A DNA stretch of 64,000 nt from Octopus bimaculoides. Its lineage: Eukaryota. The stretch covers positions 167,904,090 through 167,968,089 of the forward strand of contig NC_068981.1 in NCBI RefSeq assembly GCF_001194135.2. The letters are read 5' to 3'. The position numbers and the translations under genes were made by a program. The notes under the pieces are model-generated. The model did not search any database and had not been told where the DNA came from. It saw only the letters and a program-made list of their open reading frames with translations. Below, piece after piece: positions 62,828-64,000 of this stretch (positions are counted from its first letter, which is position 1; each line of letters begins with the position of its first letter).

Positions 62828-63410
62828 TCCTCTTTATCATAGTTTTTTTTTTCGAGCTCCTGGAGTCTTGCATGCGTAGCGGGTCTATTACTTGCAGCCT
62901 ACGGTACCATACTATTCGTGCTTTTCAGCTATCTAATACTTTCCTGATTATTCTGGCCGTGCCAAGGAGGCAAACCTTTTGTGACAGTTTTACTGGGCAC
63001 TCTATTCCAATTTCCTTTATATTCCCCTTGATGTCTTCTTATACTGTTCCCAAGGACCCAACAATAATTAGCACTATCTTCACCTTCATTTTCCATAGCC
63101 GGGCTATTTCGTACTTAAGAGGGTTGTATCTATCTATCTTTTCGTCTTCCTTCTTGACTATTCGTGGATCAAAGGGGCATGCAACATCAACTATATATCA
63201 CGTGTGGTGCACCTTGTCTGCTCTGTTATACTCTAGCACCTGATCTGCTCTGTTATACTCTAGCACTAGGTCTGCTCTGTTATACTCTAGCACCTGATCT
63301 GTTTGGATTGGGAAATCCCAGAGGATTTTGCTAGTCTCCGACTCCGCCACTCTCTGCAGTTTGTGCTCATACCACGTCTTGCCTCTCTCTAGCCCCACTT
63401 TGTGCACATA
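62828..63410 (-). mobile_element. 5'-truncated Dong/R4-like RLE LINE (family delta)
   Basis: WYEHKLQRVAESETSKILWDFPIQTD..NRADLV..QKVCLLGTARIIRKVLDS*; 3' end runs into (AAT)n at 62795-62827. Confidence 0.9.
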
Positions 63411-63443
63411 ATTTTAATCTGTATGTTTTTCACAATCACTCAC

Positions 63444-63498
63444 CGAGACACACGCATCGTCCTAAGGCGCGTGAAGGATAACAGATGTTACAGTATGA
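63444..63498 (-). CDS. Candidate internal exon (55 nt) of an unidentified gene (SYCNICYPSRALGRCVCL)
   Basis: Acceptor ttgcccttcctaagctttcAG with CTGAT branch-like motif (63541-63537), consensus donor G/GTGAGT; only one frame is open. Confidence 0.3.
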
Positions 63499-63714
63499 CT
63501 GAAAGCTTAGGAAGGGCAATGTTGGCTATGGTTCGTATCAGATATACCACATGTCTGTAAAATATTTTTAGACGTCCACACATTAAGGCATTAATGAGGG
63601 AAAATTGTCTACTATTTCCAGTATGTTACATTACCCCGTAGAGATTCCCTTCTAGTTTCGCTGTTCTATTATTTACTGTTGCTGTTACTCTTGTGGCTTT
63701 TTTGTTTTTGCATT

Positions 63715-63870
63715 TGTTGAAGTTGTTTAACCCCAGCTCAACCCTAGTTGGGCAGACATATGATCAAAGGTAATCCAACTTCGATTTTTGGGGATATCTA
63801 AAAATGTGTGCCCTTTCCTTTTTAAATTGCTAGAGTTTGACTTGAGGGAGATGTGGCTGCGTACTCTTAT
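63715..63870 (+). mobile_element. Degraded family D repeat
   Basis: gttgtttaaccccagctcaacccta..gcagacatatgatcaaagg..ttgagggagatgtggctgc. Confidence 0.55.
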
Positions 63871-64000
63871 TTTTTCTTTTTTTCCTTTCTTTTCAACAGG
63901 TTCAGTAATCCTATTGAGTTTCCAAAACTGCATGTTCTACCAGTTAAATTCAACAAGTATTCTTCCCTATGTATTACCTAAAGCTTCACCTGTATATATA

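Overview
AT-rich, microsatellite-saturated eukaryotic genomic DNA with many N-gaps. The SINE/LINE content and repeat load point to a cephalopod, most likely Octopus (inferred from pattern recognition, not a database hit). No intact protein-coding gene, tRNA, rRNA or CRISPR array is recognisable. The long entries in the ORF track are microsatellite or gap artefacts, or transposon remnants. Decayed mobile DNA includes a Tx1/L1-clade LINE, a CR1-clade LINE, several R4/Dong-like (RLE) LINE families, Penelope-like remnants, two mariner fossils, MITEs and at least four tRNA-derived SINE families (labelled A, B, C, F here; D and G are unclassified retroposon-like repeats). The most interesting signals are: (1) RLE LINE families that appear to split by microsatellite type, (CATA)n versus (AAT)n; (2) three RLE 3' fragments that start at the same codon, suggesting a fixed-length non-autonomous derivative; (3) a four-way-junction RNA fold in the putative 5' UTR of the CATA-flanked element; (4) several minimal hammerhead-like motifs, one directly downstream of a Penelope ORF; (5) a low-confidence, phase-consistent three-exon gene end on the minus strand.
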